A stretch of DNA of 64,000 nucleotides, from the NCBI GenBank assembly GCA_965202805.1, contig OZ241869.1, positions 1,152,001 through 1,216,000 on the forward strand, in the 5' to 3' direction. The notes below the pieces were generated by a model. That model was given only the letters and a program-made list of their open reading frames with translations. It was not told where the DNA came from and did not search any database. Shown here piece by piece: positions 1-10,017 of this stretch (the first letter of the stretch is position 1; the number at the start of each line of letters is the position of its first letter). The position numbers and the translations under genes are program-made. Source of the stretch: Longimicrobiales bacterium. GTDB lineage: Bacteria > Gemmatimonadota > Gemmatimonadetes > Longimicrobiales > Gaopeijiaceae.

Positions 1-58
1 GGCGCGGGTCGGGGCGGAATATCGGCAAGGCGCGGCGGAGCAGCAACCAACGGGCCTG

Positions 59-86
59 TTGCTTCCATCCCAGGCCGGGCCATATT
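59..86 (+). promoter_or_regulatory. Putative sigma70-type promoter of nfuA
   Basis: TTGCTT(59-64)-16 nt-CATATT(81-86); inverted repeat AGCAAC(42-47)/GTTGCT(58-63) overlaps the -35. Confidence 0.35.
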
Positions 87-207
87 TCGTGGTTGACCGC
101 TCGATGTCCAAACGCGCCCAACCGGCGCGGGCCTCGCCGGAGTGCAGGGGCGGTCTCGCCACGGGAACACGGAGCCGCAAGGCCCTTCACGCAAGGACGC
201 TGAATCG

Positions 208-789
208 ATGTTGACCTTCACCGACAAAGCCCGCGAAATGGTGCTCTCCTTCATGGGAGACGAGCCCGACGGAGAGCAGGCCCTGCGGGTGAAGATGGAT
301 GGGAGCCCCGTTGCGCCCAGCTTCGAGTTGACGCTGGTAGGCAGCACGGACCGAGCGGACGACGACGTCACCATGGACGGAGGCGGGTTCACCGTGTTCG
401 TGGACAGCGCCAGTGCTCCCAGACTGAAGGGCGCCACGGTCGACTTCATCGACGAGCTGAACCAGAGCGGGTTCGAGGTGAAGCCGTTGCCGGATGCCGA
501 CGGCCGCGGTGCCGGAGCGCCCACGGGCCCGATCGCCGAGCGCGTGACCGACCTTCTGAATCGCCAGGTCAATCCGTCCATCGCCGCGCATGGCGGCGAG
601 ATCAGGCTCGTCGATGTCCAGGACACCGAGATCTATCTCGAGATGATGGGCGGGTGCCAGGGATGTGCGATGTCGCGCCTGACGCTGCGTCAGGGTGTGG
701 AGAAGATGATCCACCAATCCGTTCCCGAGGTGACCGCGATCCATGACATCACCGATCACCAGGCCGGGGAAAACCCGTTCTTCTCGTAG
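208..789 (+). CDS. nfuA: Fe-S cluster carrier NfuA (degenerate A-type domain + NifU domain)
   Basis: N-terminal MLTFTDKA...LKGATVDF HesB/IscA-like domain; C-terminal NPSIAAHGG...GGCQGC...ITDHQAGENPFF. Confidence 0.9.
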   Translation: MLTFTDKAREMVLSFMGDEPDGEQALRVKMDGSPVAPSFELTLVGSTDRADDDVTMDGGGFTVFVDSASAPRLKGATVDFIDELNQSGFEVKPLPDADGRGAGAPTGPIAERVTDLLNRQVNPSIAAHGGEIRLVDVQDTEIYLEMMGGCQGCAMSRLTLRQGVEKMIHQSVPEVTAIHDITDHQAGENPFFS

Positions 790-793
790 GACG

Positions 794-2398
794 ATGAACA
801 GCTTGATCCGAGAGTTGAAGGCACTCGGCCACGCGTCGTCGTCCGCCGGCGGCGGCGGGGCCGTGGTTCTGCTGGCGGGCTCGGCCCTCCTTCTTTCCTC
901 CTGCGCCGGTGACTCCGGGGAACCGGAGCGACTGCGCATCGCCGTGGCCGCCTTCCAGCACGAGACCTGCACCTTCTGCCCCGGCGGCGACACCGAGGTC
1001 GAGGACTGGCTGCGCGTCAGCGAGCCGGTCTCGGGGGAGGCGCTGCTGGCGTCGGGCGCCTACCTGAGCGGATTCACGAAACGGGCGCGCGAGTTCGGGG
1101 ATGTCGAGCTGGTGACGCTGCCGTCGCCCCTCGGGGTGTTCGGCGGGTCGTCGCGGAGCTGGAACACGAAGGAGACCTTCGACCACTTCGTGGACATCAT
1201 GCTCGCCGAGTTGCGGGCGCAGCTCCCCGTGGACGGCGTCTACCTGGCGCTGCACGGCGCCATGGCGGTGCGCGAGGTGCCCCGGCCGGAGGCCGAGGTC
1301 GCGCGGCGTTTCCGCGAGGTGGTCGGACCGGACGTGCCCATCGCCGGCAGCTTCGACCTGCACGGGAACGAGGACGGCGAGTTCCTGGAGCACGCCGACT
1401 TCGCCCTCGTCACCAAGCGCTTCCCCCACTACGACGCCTACATCCAGGGGGAGCGCGCGGCGCGTGCCCTGCGGCTGGCGGCCCGAGGTGAATACACGTC
1501 CACGACCGCCACCCGCAAGCCCGGCATCATCACTGCGACCGTGCTGCAGTGGACCGGCCAGTCGCCCGCCATGGACATCATGGAGCGGGCCCGGCGCTGG
1601 GAGTCGCGCGAGGACGACGCCTACGTGAGCGTGTTCTTCGGATACCCCTGGTCCGACGTCCCCGACGTGGGAGCCACCGTACACGTGATGACCGACGGCG
1701 ACCAGGCGCTGGCGGACGAGATCGCCGACGACATGGACGACTTCATGTGGCGCGTCCGCGAGGACTTCGCCCAGGGCACCTATCCCGGACCCGGCGAGGC
1801 GGCTGCGATCGTGGCCGAGGCGGTCGCGCGCGGGGAGGTCCCCGTGGCCGTGGGCGACTACAGCGACCGTCCGGGCGACGCGACCCACATCCTGAGCGCC
1901 TTCGAGGCGGCCGGGATCGGCAGGGTGCTCTACGGCACCATCACCTCGCCCGCCACCCTTGAAGCGCTGGCGGAGACCGGGGCGCAGGCCGGTGATGCCT
2001 TCGACATGGAGATCGGCGGGTTCACCCCATCGGGGGGCGCGCCGCGGCGTATTACGGGCGTATTACAGTACGTGGGCGAGGGCTTCGGCTACGACCTGAT
2101 CGCCGCCATCTCCTTCGGAGACGGCAACATCGTCTTCCTGACGCCGGCGTACGAGCAGGTGATGTACCCCGACGACTTCCGCTACGGCGACATCGATCCC
2201 GCGGACTACGAAGTGTTCGTGGTCAAGTCGCGCGTGCACTTCCGCCGCGGCTTCGACGAGACCGGCTACGCGCGCACCATCCTCGTGGTCGAGGCGCCGG
2301 GGCCCTTCGTGGGGACCACCTTCCTGGACGCGCTCACCTACGAGAACGTGGACCTGGGCGAGCTGTATCCGTTCGGGATGCCGGCCAACCGGAGGTAG
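794..2398 (+). CDS. M81 family metallopeptidase (MlrC-like), probable lipoprotein
   Basis: FQHETCTF, YLALHGAM, FDLHGN, VVKSRVHFR motifs; hydrophobic stretch ending LSSC. Confidence 0.85.
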   Translation: MNSLIRELKALGHASSSAGGGGAVVLLAGSALLLSSCAGDSGEPERLRIAVAAFQHETCTFCPGGDTEVEDWLRVSEPVSGEALLASGAYLSGFTKRAREFGDVELVTLPSPLGVFGGSSRSWNTKETFDHFVDIMLAELRAQLPVDGVYLALHGAMAVREVPRPEAEVARRFREVVGPDVPIAGSFDLHGNEDGEFLEHADFALVTKRFPHYDAYIQGERAARALRLAARGEYTSTTATRKPGIITATVLQWTGQSPAMDIMERARRWESREDDAYVSVFFGYPWSDVPDVGATVHVMTDGDQALADEIADDMDDFMWRVREDFAQGTYPGPGEAAAIVAEAVARGEVPVAVGDYSDRPGDATHILSAFEAAGIGRVLYGTITSPATLEALAETGAQAGDAFDMEIGGFTPSGGAPRRITGVLQYVGEGFGYDLIAAISFGDGNIVFLTPAYEQVMYPDDFRYGDIDPADYEVFVVKSRVHFRRGFDETGYARTILVVEAPGPFVGTTFLDALTYENVDLGELYPFGMPANRR

Positions 2399-2407
2399 CC
2401 GCGGGCG

Positions 2408-3127
2408 CTATCCCAGCCCCCCGGGGTCGTAGCGCAGCGGCTTCATCTCGACCCCGGCCCGGTCCACGGCCAGCGCCGCCTCGGCGCCTTCCGCGCACGG
2501 CACCCCGCCGATGTACCACTGCGCAGGATCCTCGGGGAGATCCTCGACGTGGAGGAGCCCCTGCGCCGCGCCCGGCGTGGGATCCACCGAGAACGACCGG
2601 AGCGGATGCGTGAGCCCGAAGCCGAGCGCCTTCAGGAACGCCTCCTTGCGGGTCCAGATGCGGAAGAAGAGGCGCCGCCGATCGTTCGCCGGGGCTGCGC
2701 GCATTCGGGCCGCCTCGTCGCGGGCGAAGTTCTTGTTCGCGATCTCGAGCATGAGGCGCACCCGCCGCATCTCCTCGATGTCCACGCCCAGGCGCCCTGC
2801 GGCCGCAACGGCGATCATGAGCCGGTCCTCGGAGTGGGACTGGTTGAAGGACGGCCCGCCGGCGAGGAAGGGCTTCCCCTTGTCCTCGTAACGGAAACGG
2901 ATGTTCTCCGGGAGGGTGTCCGTCAACTGTCCCAGCACCCGGCGCAGGTGGGCCTGCGCGACGGTGTAGCGGCGGCGATGACGGTCGTACACGAAACGGT
3001 CGGCGCGCTTGCGCTCACGCGGGGAGAGCAGCTTGCGGGCGGCCGCCGTGACGCGGTCGGGGACATCCAGGCGCCCTTCCCAGATGTAGACGACGCCGGG
3101 ATGCAGTTCGGTGCGTTCGATGGTCAT
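2408..3127 (-). CDS. Sfp-type 4'-phosphopantetheinyl transferase
   Basis: GKP, FNQSHS, LGVDIE, WTRKEAFLKALG motifs. Confidence 0.92.
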   Translation of the reverse strand: MTIERTELHPGVVYIWEGRLDVPDRVTAAARKLLSPRERKRADRFVYDRHRRRYTVAQAHLRRVLGQLTDTLPENIRFRYEDKGKPFLAGGPSFNQSHSEDRLMIAVAAAGRLGVDIEEMRRVRLMLEIANKNFARDEAARMRAAPANDRRRLFFRIWTRKEAFLKALGFGLTHPLRSFSVDPTPGAAQGLLHVEDLPEDPAQWYIGGVPCAEGAEAALAVDRAGVEMKPLRYDPGGLG

Positions 3128-3316
3128 GCTCGTGGTTGCCGGAGCTTCGCCGGGAGCTGCGGCAGGTTCGCGGGCGTCCGGGTCGCCGGCAGGTCCGGGG
3201 CCGGCACGCCGGACGGTGGCGCAAAGTCCGTTGCCGATCAAGAATAGAGCATGCCCGCGGGGCAGCCACGCCGCGCCCGCGGGAGCCGTTTCGCCCGCAC
3301 TTCAGGAGCCGATCCG

Positions 3317-4363
3317 ATGTCCGCCAAGACCCCTTCCCGCTCACCCCTGCGCGTCGCCGGGGCCCTCTCCGTTGCCGTACCGCTGGCCCTGGTCTCCTGC
3401 CAGGCGGAGTCCGCCCCGGGAGAACCGTCCGGCCAGGCGCCCGCCGCCGCCGAGACACCGGCCCCCGACTTCACGCTCGGCGCCGAAAACTCCCACAACC
3501 GCTGGAGCGCGACCATCCCGCCGCAGCTCACGGTTCCCTCGGGGGCGGTCGTCGAGGTCTTCACCAAGGAGGCGTCCGACGGCCAGATCACCGAGTCCAC
3601 GACGGCGGAGGACCTGCTCACGGTGAACTTCGACCTCATCCATGCGCTCACGGGACCCATCTACGTGGAGGGAGCGAGCCCGGGCGACATCCTCGCTGTA
3701 ACCCTGCACGAGATCGAGGTCCAGGGCTGGGGATGGGCGGGCATCTTCCCCGGCTTCGGCTTCCTCGCCGACGAAATCACCGGGCCCTGGATCCGGGGCT
3801 TCCCCATGGAACCCGGAGCCACGGAGGTCGCCTTCAACGACGACATCACGATTCCGCTCGCGCCGTTCGCCGGGGTGATGGGCGTGGCGCCCGACACCGA
3901 CTCCATGCTGGTGACCATCCCGCCCCGCACCAACGGCGGCAACATGGATAACCGCCACATGATCGCCGGCACCACGGTCTACTTCCCGGTGCAGGTCGAG
4001 GGCGCGCTCTTCTCCATCGGCGACGCGCACGCGGCCCAGGGCGACGGCGAGGTGTCCGGTTCCGCCATCGAGGCGCCCACGCGCATCGTCTTCGAAGTCG
4101 AGGTCATGGAGAACACCCGCGGCATGGTCGAACCCCAGTACGAGAGCGACGACTACTACGCCGTGACCGGCTTCGCGACCACCATCGACGAAGCGGCCCG
4201 CAAGGCGACCCGCTACATGATCGACTACCTGGTCGCCGAACACGGGCTCACGCGCGAGGAAGCCTACGTGCTCTGCTCGATCGCCGGCGACATGAAGATC
4301 TCGGAGACGGTGGACGTGCCCCACATGCTGGTCAGCATGCACATGCCCAAGGGGATTTTCTGA
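3317..4363 (+). CDS. Acetamidase/formamidase family protein, probable lipoprotein
   Basis: HALTGPIYVEGA, GGNMDN, GDAHAAQGDGEV motifs; AGGAG upstream of ATG 3317; LALVSC lipobox. Confidence 0.9.
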   Translation: MSAKTPSRSPLRVAGALSVAVPLALVSCQAESAPGEPSGQAPAAAETPAPDFTLGAENSHNRWSATIPPQLTVPSGAVVEVFTKEASDGQITESTTAEDLLTVNFDLIHALTGPIYVEGASPGDILAVTLHEIEVQGWGWAGIFPGFGFLADEITGPWIRGFPMEPGATEVAFNDDITIPLAPFAGVMGVAPDTDSMLVTIPPRTNGGNMDNRHMIAGTTVYFPVQVEGALFSIGDAHAAQGDGEVSGSAIEAPTRIVFEVEVMENTRGMVEPQYESDDYYAVTGFATTIDEAARKATRYMIDYLVAEHGLTREEAYVLCSIAGDMKISETVDVPHMLVSMHMPKGIF

Positions 4364-4392
4364 GGTTGGTGGGATTCAGGGGGGGAGGGACC

Positions 4393-4434
4393 GCGAGCAA
4401 TTCGGATGAACGGCGCTGGCAGCAGCGGCTCGAC
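4393..4434 (+). pseudogene. Possible N-terminal remnant of an HI0074-like nucleotidyltransferase substrate-binding (HEPN-type) gene
   Basis: SD-like GGGAGGGA, then GCG-SNSDERRWQQRLD, which resembles the N-terminal 'RWxQR' motif of this family; resemblance ends after about 14 codons. Confidence 0.3.
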
Positions 4435-4476
4435 ACTCAACATGAGCCCCGCTCACTCCCCGTGCAGCGGCATGAC

Positions 4477-5361
4477 TCACTCGTCCGCCAACGCCCGTCC
4501 CACGGTGACGTGATAGACCGTCTGCTGGCGCTCGTAGATCACGAGGACCAGCCCCTCGGACTGCGCCTCCAGGAGCACGCGGCTGAAGATCGCTCCCAGT
4601 TCGCGGGACTTCCTGCCCGAGACCGACTCCAGCGCCAGGTCCACCATCCGCTCTACGTGCGGGGCGAACTCGGCGGGCACGCGGGCGAGAATCTCCGCCG
4701 ATCGCTCGGCCGGGGGTGCGAACGCGGAGTAGGAGAGGTCCACGGTGGTGCCGAACTCGTGTGAGCTCACGCCGGCGGCCGCATTCGGGTTCCGGCCCCG
4801 CAACCGCGCCTGCCGCTCGGTCGTGCGCAGGGCGCTCGTGACCTCGATGCGGTACGGCGGAAGCCCCATCTCCGCGAGGCGGTCCTGGAAGCGCCGACCG
4901 AGCTCCTCGAGCAGGGCGGACACGTGGGGAACCATGTAGGTGGGGGAGGTGCCCGGGCGAACGATCCAGTAGGCGGTGCTGTCCTCGAGCTCAACCAGCC
5001 GCCCGGCCGCGACAAGGGAGTCCCGGGCGGCGCGGTCGGCTACCCGGTAGCCCAACTCGCGGGCACGGGCCACGTGCGACGCGTTGAGGAAGCGGCGGAG
5101 CGCGTTCTCCTGGGCCGTCGTCATCACCGGCAGCGGAGAGAGGATGTCGTTGGCCCTGTCCGCCTCCTCATCCGCGAGGCCGAGCGCCTGTGACAGGGCC
5201 TGCTCGATCTCCGCGACCGTTGCGGCCCTCGCCGCCTCTGTGGCCGCATCGACGGCGGCCTGCCTCTCCCGTTCCGCTCTGCCGCAAGAGGTGAGGAACA
5301 GGGCCAGAAGCGCCATCCCGGGGGCTCGCCACCGAAGCGCGGCCACGTTGCCGTTTCTCAT
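4477..5361 (-). CDS. DUF5715-like lipoprotein (peptidase M15-like motifs)
   Basis: FLTSC lipobox; VTSALRT, SSHEFGTTVDL, YHVTV pattern. Confidence 0.7.
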   Translation of the reverse strand: MRNGNVAALRWRAPGMALLALFLTSCGRAERERQAAVDAATEAARAATVAEIEQALSQALGLADEEADRANDILSPLPVMTTAQENALRRFLNASHVARARELGYRVADRAARDSLVAAGRLVELEDSTAYWIVRPGTSPTYMVPHVSALLEELGRRFQDRLAEMGLPPYRIEVTSALRTTERQARLRGRNPNAAAGVSSHEFGTTVDLSYSAFAPPAERSAEILARVPAEFAPHVERMVDLALESVSGRKSRELGAIFSRVLLEAQSEGLVLVIYERQQTVYHVTVGRALADE

Positions 5362-5613
5362 CGAAGTCCTCCTGTCGAACGGGTCGCCGGAACGGTCGCC
5401 GGTGTACGGGTTTCGACGCTAGACGCGTGCATGACGCCAGGCAAGGAAAAGTGAGCGATGACCGAAGGAAGATCCCATCCCCGCCCGCGCGCCGTCGGGA
5501 GGGTTCTGCTCGGCGCGGAGAGGTCGGAGGAGCGGGCAACCGGAACCTGGCTGTGTCCATCTCATTAAACACTACAGAACACCGCCTCAACCTCGACCTG
5601 CCCTGAATCGCCG

Positions 5614-6756
5614 ATGGCCATCGACCAGCTCCCACTCGCCCGCCGCCAACCGCATCGCGGCATCCCTTCGGCGCACGACCGCACCCTGGCCCCAACCGCC
5701 CACGCCCTCGGCGCACTCCTGCTTCTGACGTTCGGCCTGGCCGCCGGAACGCCCGCGAAGGCCCAGATCACCGGCTACGTGCTGAACGAGGAGGGCGACC
5801 CCGTCCCCGGCGCCGCCGTGGAGGCATGGGCGGCGGACCGCAAGATCGGCGGCCGGCTGGCCAATGAGGAGGGCTGGTTCCTCTTCCCCGCCGTGATGAC
5901 GGCGCAGATTCGCGCCCTGTACGCGGGACAGCTCGGGTACCACCCCGAGGTGGTCCAGATCGAGCCCGATGTCGACTCCTACGAGATCCGGCTCACGCGC
6001 GAGCCCATTCCGCTTCCCGAACTCGTGGTGGATGCGCAGCGGGACCGCTGCGACGGCGGGGAGGAACGCGACGCACGCCGACTCTGGGAGCTTGCCGCCG
6101 CGCGCTACAACCAGGGTCTGGACACGCTGGGGGTGGCCACCTATCTGGCGTCGGTGGAGTCGATCCTGCCGGAGGGCGAGGTGGGGACGGTGCAGGCCGC
6201 GGGCGAGGCCGTCGCCCAGCGCGGCTCCTCTTCCCTGCTCCGCTTCAGCTGGCGGCGGCGCATCGAGCGCGAGGGATACGCGTACCAGATCCGCCGAACG
6301 ACCCCCGACCAATCGTACACCTCCTGGGTGTATCCTCCGCTGGAGGCGGATTTCGCCCCGCACTTCGCGGGCGAGTTCTTCGGCGACCGGCATCGCTTCC
6401 AGTTCGACAGGTCCGAGGAGCCCGATGGCGACGGGAGCGTGACGCTGGTGTTCTGCGCGCGGGACGACGACCACCCGTCGATGGAAGGCACCCTGGTCAT
6501 CAGCCCGGACACGACCATCGCCGTTGCCCAGTGGCTGTTTCGCACCCCCGAACCGGTCGAGCACGCTGGCGGACGCGCGGTGTTCGGCCCGCTCGCGGAC
6601 GATCCCCGCGACTCGTACCTGCTGCCCATCGAGGGCGTCTTCTGGCGCCGGTCGCCGCCCGACAGCTTCTGGCAGCGGTACCAGAAGTTCGAGCAGTGGA
6701 TGGTCGCGCAGGGAGATTCGGTGCCTTTCCTTCCCAAGAGGCCCGGCGGAAATTAG
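5614..6756 (+). CDS. Exported protein with carboxypeptidase-regulatory-like N-terminal domain
   Basis: Signal peptide (AKA/Q); ITGYVLNEEGDPVPGAAV...GWF...LGY...PIPLPELVV pattern. Confidence 0.7.
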   Translation: MAIDQLPLARRQPHRGIPSAHDRTLAPTAHALGALLLLTFGLAAGTPAKAQITGYVLNEEGDPVPGAAVEAWAADRKIGGRLANEEGWFLFPAVMTAQIRALYAGQLGYHPEVVQIEPDVDSYEIRLTREPIPLPELVVDAQRDRCDGGEERDARRLWELAAARYNQGLDTLGVATYLASVESILPEGEVGTVQAAGEAVAQRGSSSLLRFSWRRRIEREGYAYQIRRTTPDQSYTSWVYPPLEADFAPHFAGEFFGDRHRFQFDRSEEPDGDGSVTLVFCARDDDHPSMEGTLVISPDTTIAVAQWLFRTPEPVEHAGGRAVFGPLADDPRDSYLLPIEGVFWRRSPPDSFWQRYQKFEQWMVAQGDSVPFLPKRPGGN

Positions 6757-6907
6757 GGCGGGCTCCGGGCACGCCGGAGCGATTCCCGCTACTCGAACCG
6801 GCCTCCTCCCAATGAGACATCCCGCCGCCCGCCCGCGCGGTCCGCGAATCAGCCCCGCTCCGTTTGATGCCCGCGTAGTCCGTTTCCCGCGCACAGGCTT
6901 CGCATTG

Positions 6908-8815
6908 ATGCGCAGCCTCGCGTGTTCCGTCGTCGTCGCGCTCCTTGCCTGCGCCGACGCCGTCCCCGAGGCCCCGCCGCCCGGCGACGGGGACTGGGTC
7001 GCCTACGGCCGCGACGCAGGAGGGTCGAAGTACTCCCCTCTCGACCAGATCACGGCCGCGAACGTGGGCGGGCTCGAGCTGGCGTGGAGCTGGGAGACGG
7101 GCGAGGAGCCGATTCCCGGGCCGCTGTCGCCGGTTCGCGGGCAGGAGGTGCGGCCGGGCAACTTCGAGACCACGCCGCTGGCCTTCAACGACACCCTCTT
7201 CTTCACCACGGCCTACAACCGCGTCATCGCTCTCGAGGGCAGCACCGGCAGGCCCCTCTGGGAGTACGACCCGCGCACCGTGGAGTGGGGGCAGCCGCCC
7301 AACGGAACCGGTTTCGTGCACCGCGGGGTCGCGGTGTGGAGCGGGGCGGACGAGCGGCGCATCTTCCTGAACACGCGCTGGCGCCTGATCGCGCTCGATG
7401 CCGCCACCGGCGAGCCGGTGCGGTCGTTCGGGCACCGGGGCGAGATCGACCTCACCGAGCAGCTGCTCTGGCCCACCAACCGCCTGCACTACACGCAGAC
7501 GTCGCCGCCGGTGGTCTTCGAAGACCTGGTGATCGTGGGCAACGGCGTGTGGGACGGCTTCGTCTACCCGCGCGATCCGCCCGGCAACGTGCAGGCCTTC
7601 GACGTGCACACCGGCGAGTTGGCGTGGTCGTTCAACCTCATCCCGCAGCCCGGCGAGCCCGGCAACGAGACCTGGAAGGACGGCAGCTGGGACTACACGG
7701 GGCACACCAACGCGTGGGCGCCGATGGTGATGGACGAGGAGCGCGGGCTCCTGTATGCGGGCATCGGCACCCCGTCAAACGACTACTACGGCGGCCACCG
7801 CCTGGGCGACAACCTGTACGCGGAGGCGCTGGTGGCCCTGGACGCGCGCACGGGCGAGCTGGCGTGGCACTTCCAGACGGTGCACCACGGGCTGTGGGAC
7901 TTCGACCTGCCGGGTGCGCCGGTGCTGCTGACGGTGACGGTGGACGGCCGGGCGGTGGACGCGGTGGCCGTGGCCGGCAAGACCGGCTTCGTGTACACCT
8001 TCGACCGGGAGACCGGAGAGCCGGTGTGGCCCATCGAGGAGCGCCCGGTGCCGCCGAGCGACGTGCCCGGCGAGGTCGCCGCCGCGACCCAACCCTTCCC
8101 CACCTCCCCGCCCCCCTTCGCCCGCCAGGGGTTCACCCCCGACGACCTCATCGACCTCACGCCGGAGCTGCGGCGGCGCGCACAGGAGCTCACTGCCGGC
8201 TACCGTTTCGGTCCGCTCTACGAGCCGCCTTCCATGGAGGGCACCATCGCCATGCCGGGCATCCTGGGCGGCGGCAACTGGGGCGGGGTGGCGCTGGACC
8301 CCGCGAGCACGGTCCTGTTCGTGAAGTCGTCCGAGGAGGCCAGCCTGCTCAGGATCGCGCCCGCCAACCCGGCCACCACGGTGGGCGACTACGCCATCGA
8401 CCGCACGGCGTCCAGAACCCTGACGGTGGACGGGCTGCCCATCTCCAACCCGCCGTACGGGACCCTCACGGCCATCGACATGAACGGCGGCGCGATCCTC
8501 TGGCAGGAGGCGGTCGGGGAGCGCCCCGAGATCGCGGGCCATCCCGCGCTGGCCGGGCTCGACCTGCCCGCCCGGCTGGGGGTGGTGGGGGCGCCGGGCC
8601 CGTTCGCGACCGCCGGCGGCCTGGTGTTCCTCACCGGCGGCTCGGACATCCTGTACGCCTTCGACGCGGCGACCGGCGAGGTGCTGTGGGAAGGGCGGCT
8701 GCCCGCGCGCGCCTACGCCAACCCGATGACCTTCGAGACGCGCGACGGACGCCAGCTCGTGGTCATCGCGACGGGCGAACGCGAGGGGGCGGCGCTGCTG
8801 GCGTTCGGGCTCTAG
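6908..8815 (+). CDS. PQQ-dependent (quinoprotein glucose-type) dehydrogenase
   Basis: DWVAYGRD..SKYSPLDQI, FETTPL, HHGLWDFDLP, PPYGTLTAID, PQQ beta-propeller Trp motifs. Confidence 0.92.
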   Translation: MRSLACSVVVALLACADAVPEAPPPGDGDWVAYGRDAGGSKYSPLDQITAANVGGLELAWSWETGEEPIPGPLSPVRGQEVRPGNFETTPLAFNDTLFFTTAYNRVIALEGSTGRPLWEYDPRTVEWGQPPNGTGFVHRGVAVWSGADERRIFLNTRWRLIALDAATGEPVRSFGHRGEIDLTEQLLWPTNRLHYTQTSPPVVFEDLVIVGNGVWDGFVYPRDPPGNVQAFDVHTGELAWSFNLIPQPGEPGNETWKDGSWDYTGHTNAWAPMVMDEERGLLYAGIGTPSNDYYGGHRLGDNLYAEALVALDARTGELAWHFQTVHHGLWDFDLPGAPVLLTVTVDGRAVDAVAVAGKTGFVYTFDRETGEPVWPIEERPVPPSDVPGEVAAATQPFPTSPPPFARQGFTPDDLIDLTPELRRRAQELTAGYRFGPLYEPPSMEGTIAMPGILGGGNWGGVALDPASTVLFVKSSEEASLLRIAPANPATTVGDYAIDRTASRTLTVDGLPISNPPYGTLTAIDMNGGAILWQEAVGERPEIAGHPALAGLDLPARLGVVGAPGPFATAGGLVFLTGGSDILYAFDAATGEVLWEGRLPARAYANPMTFETRDGRQLVVIATGEREGAALLAFGL

Positions 8816-9819
8816 GGATCGGGGGCACCAGCGGTGCGGTTCTCCCGCAGAAACTCCTCCGCTCCCTCCGGCAGGAACAGCTTGTCCGAGATGTCCGCAA
8901 TCTCCTCGGCCTCTTCCCAGGCCTTCTGCAGCAGCCAGAGTTCGCCCTCGAGAGCGCGTCGCTCCTGCTCTTCGTGGAGCGCCATCTCAAGGGCGAGCTT
9001 GTGGGGCTTCGGCATCTTGTTGACGTAGCCGGGGACGCCCTTCCTGTCCTGGAAGCGCTGGCCCTCCGCGATTCGGGCCAGAAAGTGTTCCGGATGGCCT
9101 GTCGTCTCGATCAGACCCACGGCATCCTGCACCGTGTCCTTGCTCCCGCCCGTGCGGTTCATCCTGGGCAGGATCGCCCCGGCGAACCGGCGCGCCTCAC
9201 TTCCCTTGTACCAGGTCTTCTTCCTCTTTTTCCGCACCTGAAGCCTGAATCCCTGTTCGTCGTCCGACGGACGGACACGAGTGCCGAGCAGGTCCTGCTG
9301 ATTGAGCTTCACGACGCCCCCGCCGGCGGGGTGAAGCTTCACGAGGGTTCGCCGGCTGTTCCACAGGTTGAACCAGTTCGGAATCTGACTGATCACGCCT
9401 GCGCTCAGGCCCGCGGCAGCTCCGCCGACCACGATCCCGCCCACCACCGCAATCCCGGCCGCCCCGTACAGGATCGCCCGCCGACGGCGCCGCCCGAACT
9501 GGTCCCCGTAGCGCCAGGCCGCGAACTCGGGCCGCTGCGGCTTGCCGATGCGCACCAGCGTCAGCCCCTCCGGATGGCGCGCCAGGCCGATGTTGTCGGT
9601 GGAGACGCGGATGCGGGTGTCGCGGAAGAGGCGCTCGCAGTCCTCGACCGCCTCCCAGCGCTCCTCCAGCGGGGTGAGGTTCCAGCGCTCGCATTTCGTG
9701 CACACGACCCAGAGGCGGCCCCGCGCGGCGTCGAAGGCCAGACGCCGCCCGACCGGGAACGACTCCACGACCTCGTTGGTCCCCAGGGGCTTGTGGCAGA
9801 ACATACAGGAGGTGTACAC
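8812..9819 (-). CDS. Hypothetical protein with N-terminal CxxC...CxxC zinc-ribbon and one TM segment
   Basis: CMFC and CTKC motifs; central hydrophobic stretch; convergent 4-bp stop overlap with the PQQ gene. Confidence 0.75.
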   Translation of the reverse strand: MYTSCMFCHKPLGTNEVVESFPVGRRLAFDAARGRLWVVCTKCERWNLTPLEERWEAVEDCERLFRDTRIRVSTDNIGLARHPEGLTLVRIGKPQRPEFAAWRYGDQFGRRRRRAILYGAAGIAVVGGIVVGGAAAGLSAGVISQIPNWFNLWNSRRTLVKLHPAGGGVVKLNQQDLLGTRVRPSDDEQGFRLQVRKKRKKTWYKGSEARRFAGAILPRMNRTGGSKDTVQDAVGLIETTGHPEHFLARIAEGQRFQDRKGVPGYVNKMPKPHKLALEMALHEEQERRALEGELWLLQKAWEEAEEIADISDKLFLPEGAEEFLRENRTAGAPDP

Positions 9820-10017
9820 GGCGCTCCCTGTTGGCTCGCGCGTGAGTCGCGCGCCGGACGTGACGCGGGGTCAACCCGTCGGCGACTTGTTTTTCATGCT
9901 GCGATCGTGGCAAGGTGCTCCACCGGCAAACCTTGCGACTTCTCTACCGGATGTGCCCGCGTTCCGTTTCCCGACGGTGAAGCCGCCGGCCGGGCGCTGA
10001 CGCCACTGCCTGCAGGA

